Source: Desulfosudaceae bacterium
GTDB lineage: Bacteria > Desulfobacterota > Desulfobacteria > Desulfobacterales > Desulfosudaceae
DNA: 64,000 nucleotides
Direction: 5' to 3'
Assembly (NCBI GenBank): GCA_963674745.2
Contig: CAXXDV010000001.1
Location: 2,368,001 to 2,432,000, forward strand
In this document: in pieces, positions 30,915 through 41,294 of the stretch
Position numbering within the stretch: the first letter of the stretch is position 1
Layout of the letters: each line of letters opens with the position of its first letter
Made by a program: the position numbers and the translations under genes
Notes under the pieces: model-generated
Databases searched by the model: none
Told to the model about the DNA's origin: nothing
The model's input: the letters and a program-made list of their open reading frames with translations, nothing else

Positions 30915-31544
30915 GTGGGCCATAAAGACAACAGTGCCGGGCCGGTAACCGGTGTTATTCTGGCCGGTGGCGAAAGCAGTCGGTTTGATTATGTCAACAA
31001 GGCGTTTTTTGAAATCGACGGGGACCTGGTTGTCGAACGTGTCTATCAGGCCATGGGCGCTGTTTTTGATGAAATTATCGTGGTAACCAACAACCCCATT
31101 GATTACCTGAAGTGGGATGTTCAAATTACCACGGATATTTTTTCCTGCCGCAGCTCGATGACAGGGGTCCATGCCGGGTTGTTTATGGCGGAAACACCTT
31201 ACGTTTTTGTTTGCGGTTGTGATACGCCGTTCTTAAAACAGGTGTTAATCGAGGCTTTATTGTCCGGCCTGGAAGAGACGGTTGACATTGTTGTGCCCAA
31301 AAAAGCCAATGGCTGGTTTGAACCGCTCTGCGCTGTTTATTCCAAGGACTGCCTGCCGGCCATGGAGGCCTGTCTGCGGCAGCAGAAATTCGATATTAAG
31401 CGGATTTTTAAACAGTTTCAGGTGAAATATGTGGATGAAGCGGTGTTACGCCGGGCCGATCCGGAGCTGGTGTCGTTTTTTAACGTCAATACCCCGGAGG
31501 ATCTGCAGCTGGCCCGGGAGATGATCGGTAAAAGGAGCCTGTAA
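30915..31544 (+). CDS. mobA: Molybdenum cofactor guanylyltransferase
   Basis: ILAGGESSRF, CDTP, EPLCAVY and NVNTPED motifs. Confidence 0.9.
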   Translation: MGHKDNSAGPVTGVILAGGESSRFDYVNKAFFEIDGDLVVERVYQAMGAVFDEIIVVTNNPIDYLKWDVQITTDIFSCRSSMTGVHAGLFMAETPYVFVCGCDTPFLKQVLIEALLSGLEETVDIVVPKKANGWFEPLCAVYSKDCLPAMEACLRQQKFDIKRIFKQFQVKYVDEAVLRRADPELVSFFNVNTPEDLQLAREMIGKRSL

Positions 31545-31909
31545 TGAATATTTCTGATATGATCAACAAGGTCAAACAGCATCCGGATTTCTCCAGGGCC
31601 GGAATGGTCTTGTGTCATAACGGTGTGGTGCGGGCGACATCCGCTTCCGGTGATCAGCCGGTTGCGTCACTGGTGGTATCGGCTGATCACAAAAAACTGG
31701 CCGAGGCCGTCGCGCGGCATAAACAGATGCCCGGCATTATTGAAATTCTGGCAGAGGTGGCGGACGGCCGGGAACTGTCCGTGGGAGACGATATTATGGT
31801 GCTGGTCGTGGCCGGGGATGTGCGAACCAACGTGATTCCGGTTATGTCTTCATTGATTGACGAGGTTAAGGCAACGGTGACCAGTAAGACCGAAACATAT
31901 GAAGATTGA
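31544..31909 (+). CDS. moaE: Molybdopterin synthase catalytic subunit-like protein
   Basis: GMVLCHNGVVR and VVAGDVR motifs; lies between mobA and moaC. Confidence 0.8.
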   Translation: MNISDMINKVKQHPDFSRAGMVLCHNGVVRATSASGDQPVASLVVSADHKKLAEAVARHKQMPGIIEILAEVADGRELSVGDDIMVLVVAGDVRTNVIPVMSSLIDEVKATVTSKTETYED

Positions 31910-31932
31910 CGGCGCTGCATGTTGGAGAAACT

Positions 31933-32409
31933 ATGAATGAATTCACGCATATAGATGATGATGGCCGTGTCCGCATGGTAGATGTGTCCGAAAAGGCGCC
32001 CACACAGCGGGTGGCCGTGGCCTGCGGCAGAATTGCCATGAATCGTGAAACGCTGGAAAATATCCGCAGCAGCAATGTCAAAAAGGGGAATGTACTGGAA
32101 ACGGCAAGGATTGCTGGCGTTATGGCGGCGAAACGCGCCCCGGATCTGATTCCCATGTGTCATCCCATTAACATTACCCATGCTCAGGTCGATTTTTCGG
32201 CGGACACAGAGAATACTTGCATTGAGATCCGTGCCGAGGTGCGGACAGTCGGTCAGACGGGAGTGGAAATCGAGGCCATAACCGCTGTTGCGATAGCTGC
32301 TACCACGATTTATGATATGTGCAAATCCTATGACCGGCAGATGGTGATTTCAGACATCCGTCTGGTCAGAAAAGAGGGCGGTAAAAGCGGTTTGTTTGTA
32401 GCTGAATAA
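31933..32409 (+). CDS. moaC: Cyclic pyranopterin monophosphate synthase
   Basis: MVDVSEK, LIPMCH, TGVEIEA, YDMCK and GGKSG motifs. Confidence 0.95.
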   Translation: MNEFTHIDDDGRVRMVDVSEKAPTQRVAVACGRIAMNRETLENIRSSNVKKGNVLETARIAGVMAAKRAPDLIPMCHPINITHAQVDFSADTENTCIEIRAEVRTVGQTGVEIEAITAVAIAATTIYDMCKSYDRQMVISDIRLVRKEGGKSGLFVAE

Positions 32410-32432
32410 AAGGTTAGAAACAGGGGGTAGAT

Positions 32433-32795
32433 ATGTTTGGTATCGGCATGCCGGAACTGATTCTCATTCTGGCGGTGGCGTTGATCGTTCTTGGGCCGAA
32501 GCGATTGCCTGAAATCGCCCGATCACTTGGCAAGGCCATGCGGGAATTTAAAAACGCCACCAATGAACTAAAGAGCGCCGTCAATGTGGAAGATGATATC
32601 AAAGATATTAAGCATACGATCAATGATGTAAAAAGCGACGTGTGGAACATGGCGGAATTGCAGGTGGATAAAATGGAAACGGTGACCCCTGAAAAAGAGA
32701 GCAAAAACAGCCAGGAGAGCACGGAAGACATCCCGGTAGAACCGGGCAGCCCGGTTGACGGTAAAACGGCTGATGAGGAACCCAAGGATGAATGA
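32433..32795 (+). CDS. tatB: Twin-arginine translocase TatA/TatB subunit
   Basis: MFGIGMPEL...[15 protein letters not shown]. Confidence 0.88.
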   Translation: MFGIGMPELILILAVALIVLGPKRLPEIARSLGKAMREFKNATNELKSAVNVEDDIKDIKHTINDVKSDVWNMAELQVDKMETVTPEKESKNSQESTEDIPVEPGSPVDGKTADEEPKDE

Positions 32796-33648
32796 AGAGG
32801 ACCGCCAACTTCCCCTGCTTGAACATCTGGAAGAGCTCCGCAAACGTCTGATCCGTTGCTTTATCGCCATTGGTGCGGGCTTCGGTATCGCGTACGGCTT
32901 TAAGGAACAATTGTTTCAAATCCTGATTTATCCCCTTGTCCAGGTTATGGACACAAGCCGCGACAGCATGGTGTTCACCGGGTTGCCGGAAGCTTTTTTT
33001 ACTTATCTGAAAGTGTCTTTGCTGGCCGGCATTGTTGTCGCCCTGCCGGTGATATTCTATGAATTCTGGATGTTTGTCGCTCCGGGATTATACCGTAAAG
33101 AGCGGGTGGTGATTTTGCCGATTGTCATTATCTCCCTGTTTTTTTTTGCGGCCGGCGCGTTGTTTGCTTATTTTCTGGTATTCCCCTTTGGATTTAAATT
33201 CTTTCTGGGGTTTGCCTCGGAAACCATTCGTCCCCTGCCTTCAATGAAGGAATACCTCAGCTTTTCTTCCAAGATGCTGCTGGCCTTTGGTCTGGCCTTT
33301 GAGCTGCCGTTGGTACTTACCGGCATGGCCCGATTCGGACTGGTGGACGCCGCCTTTTTAAAGAAGAACCGGAAATATGCGCTGTTGCTTTTTTTTGTGG
33401 GCGCCGCGATCCTGACACCGCCGGATGTGGTCAGCCAGATCATGCTGGCCGTTCCCTTGATGGGCCTTTATGAACTGAGTATCGTGGGTGCCCGGGTATT
33501 CGGCCGCGATAAAATGTCGGCCGATGAAGCGGAAGAAAAACACAGCACAAAGAAACAGGAAAAAGAAAAGAAAAAGGCCGACAAACAACGGAAAAAAGAA
33601 GAGAAAAAACAGAAAAAGGCTCAAAAAAGGAATAAAAAGAGAGGCTGA
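32788..33648 (+). CDS. tatC: Twin-arginine translocase TatC with Lys-rich tail
   Basis: [20 protein letters not shown] and TPPD motifs. Confidence 0.95.
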   Translation: MNEEDRQLPLLEHLEELRKRLIRCFIAIGAGFGIAYGFKEQLFQILIYPLVQVMDTSRDSMVFTGLPEAFFTYLKVSLLAGIVVALPVIFYEFWMFVAPGLYRKERVVILPIVIISLFFFAAGALFAYFLVFPFGFKFFLGFASETIRPLPSMKEYLSFSSKMLLAFGLAFELPLVLTGMARFGLVDAAFLKKNRKYALLLFFVGAAILTPPDVVSQIMLAVPLMGLYELSIVGARVFGRDKMSADEAEEKHSTKKQEKEKKKADKQRKKEEKKQKKAQKRNKKRG

Positions 33649-33774
33649 TTTTGTATTTTTATCATTGACAAAAAAACAGGAGAATTGTATTTTTTTTATT
33701 TGATGGTTTAATTGACAGGTTGATAGAAGGGAACTTCTGATAATAAAAATAATTTTTGAGGAGGAGTTGGCACA

Positions 33775-34257
33775 ATGAAAAAGGATATCAAACAAATATC
33801 AATGATGATTGGTTTTCCTGTATTACTGGCCCTGTTACTGGTCGGTCTGGCCGTGGCCGGGACTGAGTTTGCTGATGTGATTAAGATGCAAGACACGCAG
33901 GCCTATGATACCCATAAAAAGGGGATTGTCACATTTACCCATAAGAAACATCACGAGGAGTATAAAATTGCCTGTGGTGAGTGCCATCACGACAAAGACG
34001 CCAAACCCCTCGATCTTAAAATCGGGGACGATGTGCAACGCTGCCTGGAATGTCACCAGAAGGGCCAGGCCGACAAAGCCGCTCTCCGGGCCATGGCACC
34101 GGCTGACAAGAAAAAGGAAGAATTGAAGTATCACTACGGCGCCATTCACGAGAACTGCCAGGGCTGCCACGAAAAATTCAACACTGAAAAAGCGGGTGAC
34201 AAACGGAAAGGTCCGGCACCTGTTTCCTGTACCCAGTGCCATCCCAAGACCCAGTAG
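33775..34257 (+). CDS. Periplasmic tetraheme cytochrome c3
   Basis: Signal peptide; FTHKKH; four CxxCH (CGECH, CLECH, CQGCH, CTQCH). Confidence 0.92.
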   Translation: MKKDIKQISMMIGFPVLLALLLVGLAVAGTEFADVIKMQDTQAYDTHKKGIVTFTHKKHHEEYKIACGECHHDKDAKPLDLKIGDDVQRCLECHQKGQADKAALRAMAPADKKKEELKYHYGAIHENCQGCHEKFNTEKAGDKRKGPAPVSCTQCHPKTQ

Positions 34258-34279
34258 TTTTTTAAGAGATAAAGCATAC

Positions 34280-34316
34280 AAAAAGCAGGGTAGGCGAACG
34301 CCTATCCTGCTTTTTT
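34280..34316 (+). terminator. Intrinsic terminator
   Basis: aaaagcagggtaggcg-aa-cgcctatcctgctttttt. Confidence 0.8.
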
Positions 34317-34489
34317 GATGGTGAAGCAAAGCGTTCAAATGCGGCCAAGCGGCCGGTTGCGGAGGACGGGCATCCTTCCAGAAAAAGGATTTAGCGTTTT
34401 AAAGTGTTAGGTTTTAGGTCCCTTTGCCGGCCAGTCATTCCAGACTTTCAGGCTGTGTCGTAATTTGTTATTTGGGGAAGCAGAACGGA

Positions 34490-34598
34490 AATGGGTGCCA
34501 CGGGCGAAGCGACAGCTTGCCCGTGTTTCCTGTAGTAGGGGCGACCGGCGGGTCGCCCTTATACACGGGCAACCTTCGGTTGGCCCGTGGCACCCATT
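34490..34598. repeat. Nested REP-like composite element
   Basis: 16-bp outer inverted repeat aatgggtgccacgggc/gcccgtggcacccatt enclosing gtaggggcgaccggcgggtcgccct. Confidence 0.75.
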
Positions 34599-34622
34599 AA
34601 AGAAAAAACCCACTGTCCGGGG

Positions 34623-36029
34623 TTATTTTTTTGTCTGCCGGTAGGCCTGCGCGACGTTGACCATGGCCGGTGCCCAGGACGGGGTGCCCAGGGCGTGTAA
34701 GTGGGTGTATGCGGCCAGAACATTGCGGCTGCAAAGCCCGTCTCGTTTATTCTCAAACCCTTTACCCCGGACGGTCGAAAAGACCAGATCCGCGTCTTTC
34801 CCCCCCCAGGTCAGGATTTTAGAGTAGCGGAATTCATGGCCTTTTAATTCGGTCCCGATTTCAAAAAAAGGGTTGTCACTGTCAACCGTTGATATGGTAT
34901 ATCCGTGTCCGACCGGTTTCTCAGAGATGCCGAAGGAAACCGGGAAAATATCACACATGGGGTAGGCCGTATTGTCCATGATGATCTCTTTTCCAAGATA
35001 GATCAGGCCGCCGCATTCGGCATAAACAGGCAGGTATTGTTTCGCCAGTTGTGCGAGTTGCTGCCGGAAACCCTGATTGTCCGATAATTGACGGGCGTGG
35101 GTTTCCGGAAACCCGCCGCCGAGATAAAGGCCGTCAATATCATCCGGCAGTGTCGCGTCTTTTACAGGACTGACAAAAACCAGGTCCGCGCCGGCGGTTT
35201 CAAGGGCCTCCAGGTTATCAGGATAATAAAACTGGAAGGCCGAATCCCGGGCAACCGCAATCTTCGGACGGTTGCTGCCGGAATTAGCGGATATTGGCGG
35301 AAGAACAGTGTCCGGTGCGGTCCTTTCGGTTGCCCGGTTTGCTATATCCATTACGGCCTCAAGATCAATGTGCCGTTCGGCTATCTGCGCCGCGGCCGTA
35401 ATTGCCTCGTGGGCCCATCCATGTTCCGGGGTCGGTACCAGGCCCATATGACGTTCCGGAAAGTCACCGGCCGTCAGCTTGGGGATGGAACCAACGACCG
35501 GAATCCCGCAGTAATGCTCGATGGATTGACGCAGGATGGTCTCGTGGCGTTTGCCAGCGACACGATTTAATACGATCCCGCCAATGTTAATGCGTTGATC
35601 AAACGCCATGCAACCGCTGACAACCGCCGCGCAGGTGCGGGTGGTCTTGGTGCAGTCCAGACAAAGAATAACCGGCGCGCCCAGTGTGTGGGCGATATCG
35701 GCGGTGCTGGTTTTCCCCTCGATGTCGATACCGTCAAAAAGTCCACGGTTGCCTTCAATGACAGCAATATCGCAGATCCGCGTGTGATTAAAAAAAGAGG
35801 CGAGCAGAGGCTCGGTGGGGATGAAAAAGGTGTCGAGGTTGTAACAGGGAACGCCGGCCGCCAGAGAAAGCCAGCCGGCGTCAATATAGTCCGGCCCCTT
35901 TTTGAAAGGGGCGACTTGTTTTCTTTGATTCCGCAATGCCGCGGTTATACCAATGGCGACCGTACTCTTCCCTGCGCCGCCCCTTAAAGCTGAAACAATC
36001 AGCCGGGGGCAGGTGATATGCTCGTGCAT
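34623..36029 (-). CDS. dsrN: DsrN, cobyrinate a,c-diamide synthase-like siroheme amidase
   Basis: GGAGKST, KKGPDYID, GGGFPE, AECGG and GHEF motifs; downstream of dsrD. Confidence 0.9.
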   Translation of the reverse strand: MHEHITCPRLIVSALRGGAGKSTVAIGITAALRNQRKQVAPFKKGPDYIDAGWLSLAAGVPCYNLDTFFIPTEPLLASFFNHTRICDIAVIEGNRGLFDGIDIEGKTSTADIAHTLGAPVILCLDCTKTTRTCAAVVSGCMAFDQRINIGGIVLNRVAGKRHETILRQSIEHYCGIPVVGSIPKLTAGDFPERHMGLVPTPEHGWAHEAITAAAQIAERHIDLEAVMDIANRATERTAPDTVLPPISANSGSNRPKIAVARDSAFQFYYPDNLEALETAGADLVFVSPVKDATLPDDIDGLYLGGGFPETHARQLSDNQGFRQQLAQLAKQYLPVYAECGGLIYLGKEIIMDNTAYPMCDIFPVSFGISEKPVGHGYTISTVDSDNPFFEIGTELKGHEFRYSKILTWGGKDADLVFSTVRGKGFENKRDGLCSRNVLAAYTHLHALGTPSWAPAMVNVAQAYRQTKK

Positions 36030-36054
36030 TGGAAACTTTCAGCCACAAAGGGCT

Positions 36055-36100
36055 GATGGCTTCGTAAAAAGTTAACTTTTTACGTTGCCATCCAAATGTT
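36055..36100. repeat. Short, internally deleted copy of the MITE-like element
   Basis: gatggcttcgtaaaaagtt-aactttttacgttgccatc; matches the ends of the element at 42341-42491. Confidence 0.7.
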
Positions 36101-36114
36101 TATTTGCGACAGGT

Positions 36115-36354
36115 TTAGTCTTCGTGCTCGGCGGCCGCCTGTTTGCCGGTTCCCGCCAGTCCGTACATGGTGGTGCTGCCGCTTGACCAGTATTCGAGAA
36201 CGCCTTCTTCAACGGCTTTATTGACATATTTTTTGGCTTCCCGCGGTTTCATGTCCAGCATCTTCTGAAGGTCGGAAAAGTAAAACTTTGATTTTACTTT
36301 CTGCTTTTTCATTAATTCATCAGTCAAGATTTTGTTGGCTTCTGCTTGCTCCAT
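36115..36354 (-). CDS. dsrD: Dissimilatory sulfite reductase D protein
   Basis: KSKFYFSD and YWSSGSTTMYGL motifs. Confidence 0.95.
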   Translation of the reverse strand: MEQAEANKILTDELMKKQKVKSKFYFSDLQKMLDMKPREAKKYVNKAVEEGVLEYWSSGSTTMYGLAGTGKQAAAEHED

Positions 36355-36426
36355 TGTCAAGCTCCTTAAAAAAAGCGGACGGGGAACAGGCGAAAGCCTG
36401 TCCCCCTTTTCTCCGCAGGTTAGTAT

Positions 36427-37587
36427 TTATTTGATGGCGTTGGTGAACTTGAACTGGCTGGTTTGTCTCCAAGTATAGTACGCCGGATCACGGAAGTCAT
36501 CAATCAGGTGATGGCTAAATTCCAGATCACATTTCTCGAAGAATTTTTCCCAGCCGATTCTTTCGGCCCATTCACCAAGACGTTCGTATTTACGGGCGTC
36601 CTTGGCATAAACCTCGACAATGCGCTTGATACAGTCGGTCAGTTCCGGCCAACGGGGCACATTGTTGGGCAGAAAAGCCACGGCCACCTTGGAAAACATG
36701 GGCGGGCTGACCCGGTTGGATACCTTACCACCAACCATGACCACCACGCCGTCGCCTTCTTCATCTGCCAGCGGCATGGCCGGGCACATGGTGTAGCAGT
36801 TACCGCAGTACATGCAGCGATCAGCGTTGACCTCGACGCTCTTTACTTCCGTGCCGTCGACGTCGACCTTTTTGGGCTTGATGGCCGCGGTCGGGCAGGC
36901 GGCAACCGCCAGCGGAATTTCGCACATTTTATCCATGTACTCATGCTCCACGACCGGCGGTTTACGGTGATAACCCACAAAAGAGATATCCGAGCAGTGA
37001 ACCGCGCCGCACATGTTCAGGCAACAGGCCATGGAAACCCGGACATGGGCCGGCAGGGTCATGCTCTGGAAATACTCGAACAGTTCATCCATGCAGGCCT
37101 TGACCGGACCGGAAGCGTCGGTCGCCGGGGTATGACAGTGAATCCAGCCCTGGGTGTGAATAATATTGGTAATACCGGCACCGGTACCGCCGACCGGAAA
37201 TTTCAGGCTGCCGCCGTCAAATTTTCTTTCGGCCAGGTCTTTTACCAGTGCTTCCATTTTTTCTTTGCTGTCGGTCATAAATTCCACGTTGTTTCGCGTG
37301 GTCCAACGCACATAACCGTCGCAGTATTTATCCGCGATATCACAAATTTCACGGATGTGGGTAACGCTCATCAGGCGGCAACCGCCGGCTCTGACGGTGT
37401 AGACCTTGTCACCGGACTCGGCCACATGGACCAGGACGCCGGGTTCCAGGATTTGATGATACTCCCACTTGCCCTTGTTTTTCGCAATGACAGGTGGATA
37501 AAAGTCTGCAAAGTTTTTCGGGCCGATATCGGTAATTCGATTTTCCATCGGCTTGTCTGGGTTGTATCCAGAAGATATAAAAGCCAT
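36427..37587 (-). CDS. dsrB: Dissimilatory sulfite reductase beta subunit
   Basis: [30 protein letters not shown] and CMYCGNC motifs. Confidence 0.98.
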   Translation of the reverse strand: MAFISSGYNPDKPMENRITDIGPKNFADFYPPVIAKNKGKWEYHQILEPGVLVHVAESGDKVYTVRAGGCRLMSVTHIREICDIADKYCDGYVRWTTRNNVEFMTDSKEKMEALVKDLAERKFDGGSLKFPVGGTGAGITNIIHTQGWIHCHTPATDASGPVKACMDELFEYFQSMTLPAHVRVSMACCLNMCGAVHCSDISFVGYHRKPPVVEHEYMDKMCEIPLAVAACPTAAIKPKKVDVDGTEVKSVEVNADRCMYCGNCYTMCPAMPLADEEGDGVVVMVGGKVSNRVSPPMFSKVAVAFLPNNVPRWPELTDCIKRIVEVYAKDARKYERLGEWAERIGWEKFFEKCDLEFSHHLIDDFRDPAYYTWRQTSQFKFTNAIK

Positions 37588-37599
37588 AATTCTTCCCCC

Positions 37600-38919
37600 T
37601 TATCGTTTGTGTCGCTCTCTGTAGAGTTTAATGTCTTTGTCAAAACCGCCCGGAACCTCGTCTTCTTTCCAGAAGATGTACGGGTTGGTCCTTGGTTCCT
37701 GAACATGCTGCGGCATGGCCGGGATGTTTGTCGCTTCCAGCAGCTTCTGGAAGCCCTGGCGTTTCATCAGTTCGCCCAGCCGTTCGCGGTTTTTGCCTTC
37801 TTCCATCCACCAGTCCCAGATCGCTTCGATGACTTCTTTGATCTCATCGTAGGGTTCTTCAACCTTGACAAAGGGGACAAGCAGGGAACCCATCTGGGCA
37901 CCGTCGAGAATCGGCGCCTTGGCACCGGCCAGAATGGACAGACCTTTTTCCTTGCCGGGTTTCAAGGCTCTGGGCATGACATTGATGCAGTGCATACAGC
38001 GGGTGCAGTTGCTGTTGTCGATTTCCAGTGTGCCGTTTTCATACTTCATGCATTCGGTGGGGCAGATATCGATGACTTCTTTCTGAATATCAAAAGGACC
38101 CCAGTCGCCGCCGGCATGAGAGCCGCCGTTGGCCGGAAATTCGGGATCGCCGTCGACATAAGCTTTGACTGCGGCCTGGTCGATCTGGATGTCGTCTCTC
38201 CAGGTACCGATAAAGGAAAGGTCGGCCCGGGCGATGGAGGCCACACAGCAGTTGGGGCATCCGTCAAATTTGAATTTGAATTTATAGGGGAAAGCCGGGC
38301 GGTGAAGCTCGTCCTGGTATTCCATGGTCAGGTGCGTGCACAGTGCCTGGGTGTCGTAACAGGCGTACTCACAGCGGGCCTGGCCGATACAGTCGGCCGG
38401 TGTCCTCAGGTTGGAGCCGGAGCCGCCCAGATCCTGTTCGAAGTTGTGGGTCAGTTCAAAAAAGATTTCTTCCAGCTGAGGCGTGGTGGTGCCCAGGAAG
38501 ATGATGTCGCCGGTGGAGCCGTGCATGTTGGTAACGCCGCTGCCGCGGAATTCCCACAGATCGCAAAGCTTTCGCAGGTAGTCAGCCGTGTAAAAATGTC
38601 CTGACGGCTGGTTGACCCGCATGGTGTGGAAATGGGCCACGCCCGGAAACATTTCCGGCTGATCACAGTACCGGCCGATAACGCCGCCGCCGTAACCGAA
38701 TACGCCCACGATGCCGCCGTGTTTCCAGTGAGTTTCCTTGTCCTTGTAGGAAAGTTCAAGAACGCCCAGCAGGTCATCGACCGCATCAACAGGGACCTGA
38801 AACTCGACATTGTTTTCGTTTTTCGCTCTTGACTCTGCCTCCTGCTTCAGGTCGGACACAAAGCTCGGCCATGGTCCGGACTCAAGCTCATCCAGCATAG
38901 GAGTCTGGTGTTTTGCCAT
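37600..38919 (-). CDS. dsrA: Dissimilatory sulfite reductase alpha subunit
   Basis: SGPWPSFV, THWKHGG, FPYKFKFK and CTRCMHC motifs. Confidence 0.98.
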   Translation of the reverse strand: MAKHQTPMLDELESGPWPSFVSDLKQEAESRAKNENNVEFQVPVDAVDDLLGVLELSYKDKETHWKHGGIVGVFGYGGGVIGRYCDQPEMFPGVAHFHTMRVNQPSGHFYTADYLRKLCDLWEFRGSGVTNMHGSTGDIIFLGTTTPQLEEIFFELTHNFEQDLGGSGSNLRTPADCIGQARCEYACYDTQALCTHLTMEYQDELHRPAFPYKFKFKFDGCPNCCVASIARADLSFIGTWRDDIQIDQAAVKAYVDGDPEFPANGGSHAGGDWGPFDIQKEVIDICPTECMKYENGTLEIDNSNCTRCMHCINVMPRALKPGKEKGLSILAGAKAPILDGAQMGSLLVPFVKVEEPYDEIKEVIEAIWDWWMEEGKNRERLGELMKRQGFQKLLEATNIPAMPQHVQEPRTNPYIFWKEDEVPGGFDKDIKLYRERHKR

Positions 38920-39061
38920 TGTTTACCTCCATTTAAGAATAATAATTACATTTTGCCACTTGCGGCAATTAAAAGAAAATCTGCCGACTATACGCTATTC
39001 AAAATATATAAACTCCGGAATCTTATTGCTATTCGGGAGAGGTTAAGATTCTTATTTTAAA

Positions 39062-39676
39062 TCATGACTTTTTGTTAATTTCGTCCTTTATTTCAGGCGC
39101 GACCGCGTAACCCATGGATTCCGCCTGCTCGCAATGTTCACGCGCTTTGGCCGGATCGCCTTTTTGCAGATAGGCGATGGCCAGGTTGTTGTGGGCGACC
39201 GCGAAAGTGGGTGCCATTTCAAGCACCTTCTGGTTGACCTCAATACTTTTATCGATCATCCCCTTCATCAGGTAGGCATTACCCAGGTTGGTGTGGGCCT
39301 GCAGGAATTTGGGGTTGAAATTGACGGCTTTTTCCAGGGCCGTGATGGCTTTGTCGATATCGCCCTGTTGAAGATGGATAAATCCGATATTGCCGTAGCC
39401 TTCCGCAAACCTGGGACGAACCTGGGTGGCCTGCTGGTTGCATTTGAGACAACCCTCCAGATCATTACGCTGCAGACAGATGCCGCCCATCAGGACATAG
39501 GCTTCGGCCAGGGTGGGGCTGCATCCGACAGCCTGTCGCAATTGTGCTTCGGCCTCGTCGAATTTGTTCTGCGCCATCAGGGCGACGGCATAATTATATC
39601 GGCTCATGCCGCATTCGGGGTTGGCCGCAATTTGTTTTTCATACGTCTGTAAGTAGTCCTGCGGGTCTTGTGTCAT
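39062..39676 (-). CDS. Tetratricopeptide repeat protein
   Basis: About five consecutive TPRs; no signal peptide seen. Confidence 0.88.
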   Translation of the reverse strand: MTQDPQDYLQTYEKQIAANPECGMSRYNYAVALMAQNKFDEAEAQLRQAVGCSPTLAEAYVLMGGICLQRNDLEGCLKCNQQATQVRPRFAEGYGNIGFIHLQQGDIDKAITALEKAVNFNPKFLQAHTNLGNAYLMKGMIDKSIEVNQKVLEMAPTFAVAHNNLAIAYLQKGDPAKAREHCEQAESMGYAVAPEIKDEINKKS

Positions 39677-39745
39677 TTTTATATTATCATTTCAATTTAT
39701 TAGAGCATTTAGCAAAAAAAATTACGCACGGTTAATAAAATCGAT

Positions 39746-39776
39746 ATTATAGCTTGAAAGTGACCAATATTGTCAA
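39746..39776 (-). promoter_or_regulatory. Possible promoter upstream of the TPR gene and dsrAB
   Basis: TTGACA-N19-TATAAT on the minus strand. Confidence 0.45.
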
Positions 39777-39815
39777 GGAAAATTTTAAACTAATAAAGTA
39801 TGGATTATTATAAGT

Positions 39816-41129
39816 TCAGCCTGGAAAGAATGTTTTCATTACGTTTTTAAAATTTTCGCCTTTCCAGGCTGTTATGGGACTTGTTTTGGGGTTGGACAGG
39901 ATATCCGGGGGCAGGTAGTGTAAAAAATCCGAAATTCCGGGAATAATCACTCTGACAACGGGGAATTGAATGATCGGGTGCGTCAGGTCGATCAGGATAC
40001 AGTCGGTTGACAGGGCTTTGGCGATCTGTTTCAGCCCCGCGATTTCTTCTGCAATATCTTTTTTTTGCCAGCGGGGAAAACGAACGGTCTCCCCCTGGTG
40101 TAAAAACGAGATGTCTTTGGGTGAGACGCCGCACTTCATCAGTGAATAATAATCTTTGACCTGGCGGGCGGGAATGACCGGCCGGTCGAAGGCCTTTCGC
40201 GGCGCGGTCAGGGCCTTTTTGCCCTGGATGCCTTCAGTAAAACACCGGGTCAGGGCTTCTTCCGGGTTAAATGAAGCACCGGCGATCAGCGTGTTGTATT
40301 CCATGCTGTCCGGTGCCAGGTTGCGGTTGGTGAACAACACCCCGACCACCGGCAGGGTGCCTTTGCCGGAAAGATCTTTGATGGTTACCTGGACGTTGGC
40401 ACGGTTGTAGAAATCGATCATTTCCCGGATCAACGGCATGTCGATGCTGTCCGGATCGATGGTGGGGACAATGGTTTCGTTTTTGACGATATCAATCTGA
40501 GCATGACGTTCCAGCACTTCGGCGCTGGCCTGGAGCATGGCTTCTTCGATGGTATTACCGGCGGCAACACCGTTGGAACCGTGAATGTAAGCCGCGAATT
40601 TGATCGGCACCTTGATGGCTTTGTCCTGGAGAAGGGAGTACCCATCCACCCAGTGGCCGGCCATTTCGCAGTTTTTGATATCATCAATCGTTTTTTGTGT
40701 CAGCTGTTGTTGTCTTTCCAGCAGCGTTTCAATGGTCAGCGCGGGGTCAATTTTATCCTGCCGGTCGTTGATATAACCGGGCAGCCAGGTGTAGTTCAGA
40801 AAATCGTTGGTGCGTTTGCCGTATATGGCCGGCAGGTGAAACCGGACCTGCTCTTCAAAAACCGGGTAATAGAGCCCGGCACTGAACCGTTCGGCCAGTT
40901 CGGCATGAGCGCTGGCCTCAGCCAGTCGGGCTGAAATCCCTTTACCCTCACAGATAATTTTCAGTTCCTCGATCCATATCCGACCCCAGAAAAGATTGTC
41001 CGTAACCGTGACCGGTGCCCACGTCGGCTGGAAACCAATGGTTTTAAAGCCGGATTTAATCCGTTCCAGGGTGTTGTCAGGTGTATCGCATTTGTTGAAC
41101 GCGTTTCTGACGGCATTTTTAAATTTCAT
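39816..41129 (-). CDS. YcaO-family protein
   Basis: GKG...AEASAHAELAER and SNGVAAG...EEA...EVLERH ATP-binding motifs; VVRVIIPG. Confidence 0.9.
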   Translation of the reverse strand: MKFKNAVRNAFNKCDTPDNTLERIKSGFKTIGFQPTWAPVTVTDNLFWGRIWIEELKIICEGKGISARLAEASAHAELAERFSAGLYYPVFEEQVRFHLPAIYGKRTNDFLNYTWLPGYINDRQDKIDPALTIETLLERQQQLTQKTIDDIKNCEMAGHWVDGYSLLQDKAIKVPIKFAAYIHGSNGVAAGNTIEEAMLQASAEVLERHAQIDIVKNETIVPTIDPDSIDMPLIREMIDFYNRANVQVTIKDLSGKGTLPVVGVLFTNRNLAPDSMEYNTLIAGASFNPEEALTRCFTEGIQGKKALTAPRKAFDRPVIPARQVKDYYSLMKCGVSPKDISFLHQGETVRFPRWQKKDIAEEIAGLKQIAKALSTDCILIDLTHPIIQFPVVRVIIPGISDFLHYLPPDILSNPKTSPITAWKGENFKNVMKTFFPG

Positions 41130-41294
41130 ATGTCGTGCTTTTTGGCTTATGTTTTTTGAATCCGGCTGTTGTGCTTGTTATCCTAAAATGGATCAATTAA
41201 CAATCTTTATGGTGCGGATTTTTGGTTGTTATTCCAAGTCAGGTATGGTAACACCAGAAAATCTCTCAAGACAATGTTTTTCTGGAGGATAATT

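Noticed and set aside
33530..33648. A-rich low-complexity stretch at the end of tatC
   Set aside because: Encodes an in-frame Lys-rich tail; not a separate element
36463..38604. 713-aa antisense ORF over dsrAB
   Set aside because: Shadow ORF opposite highly conserved genes
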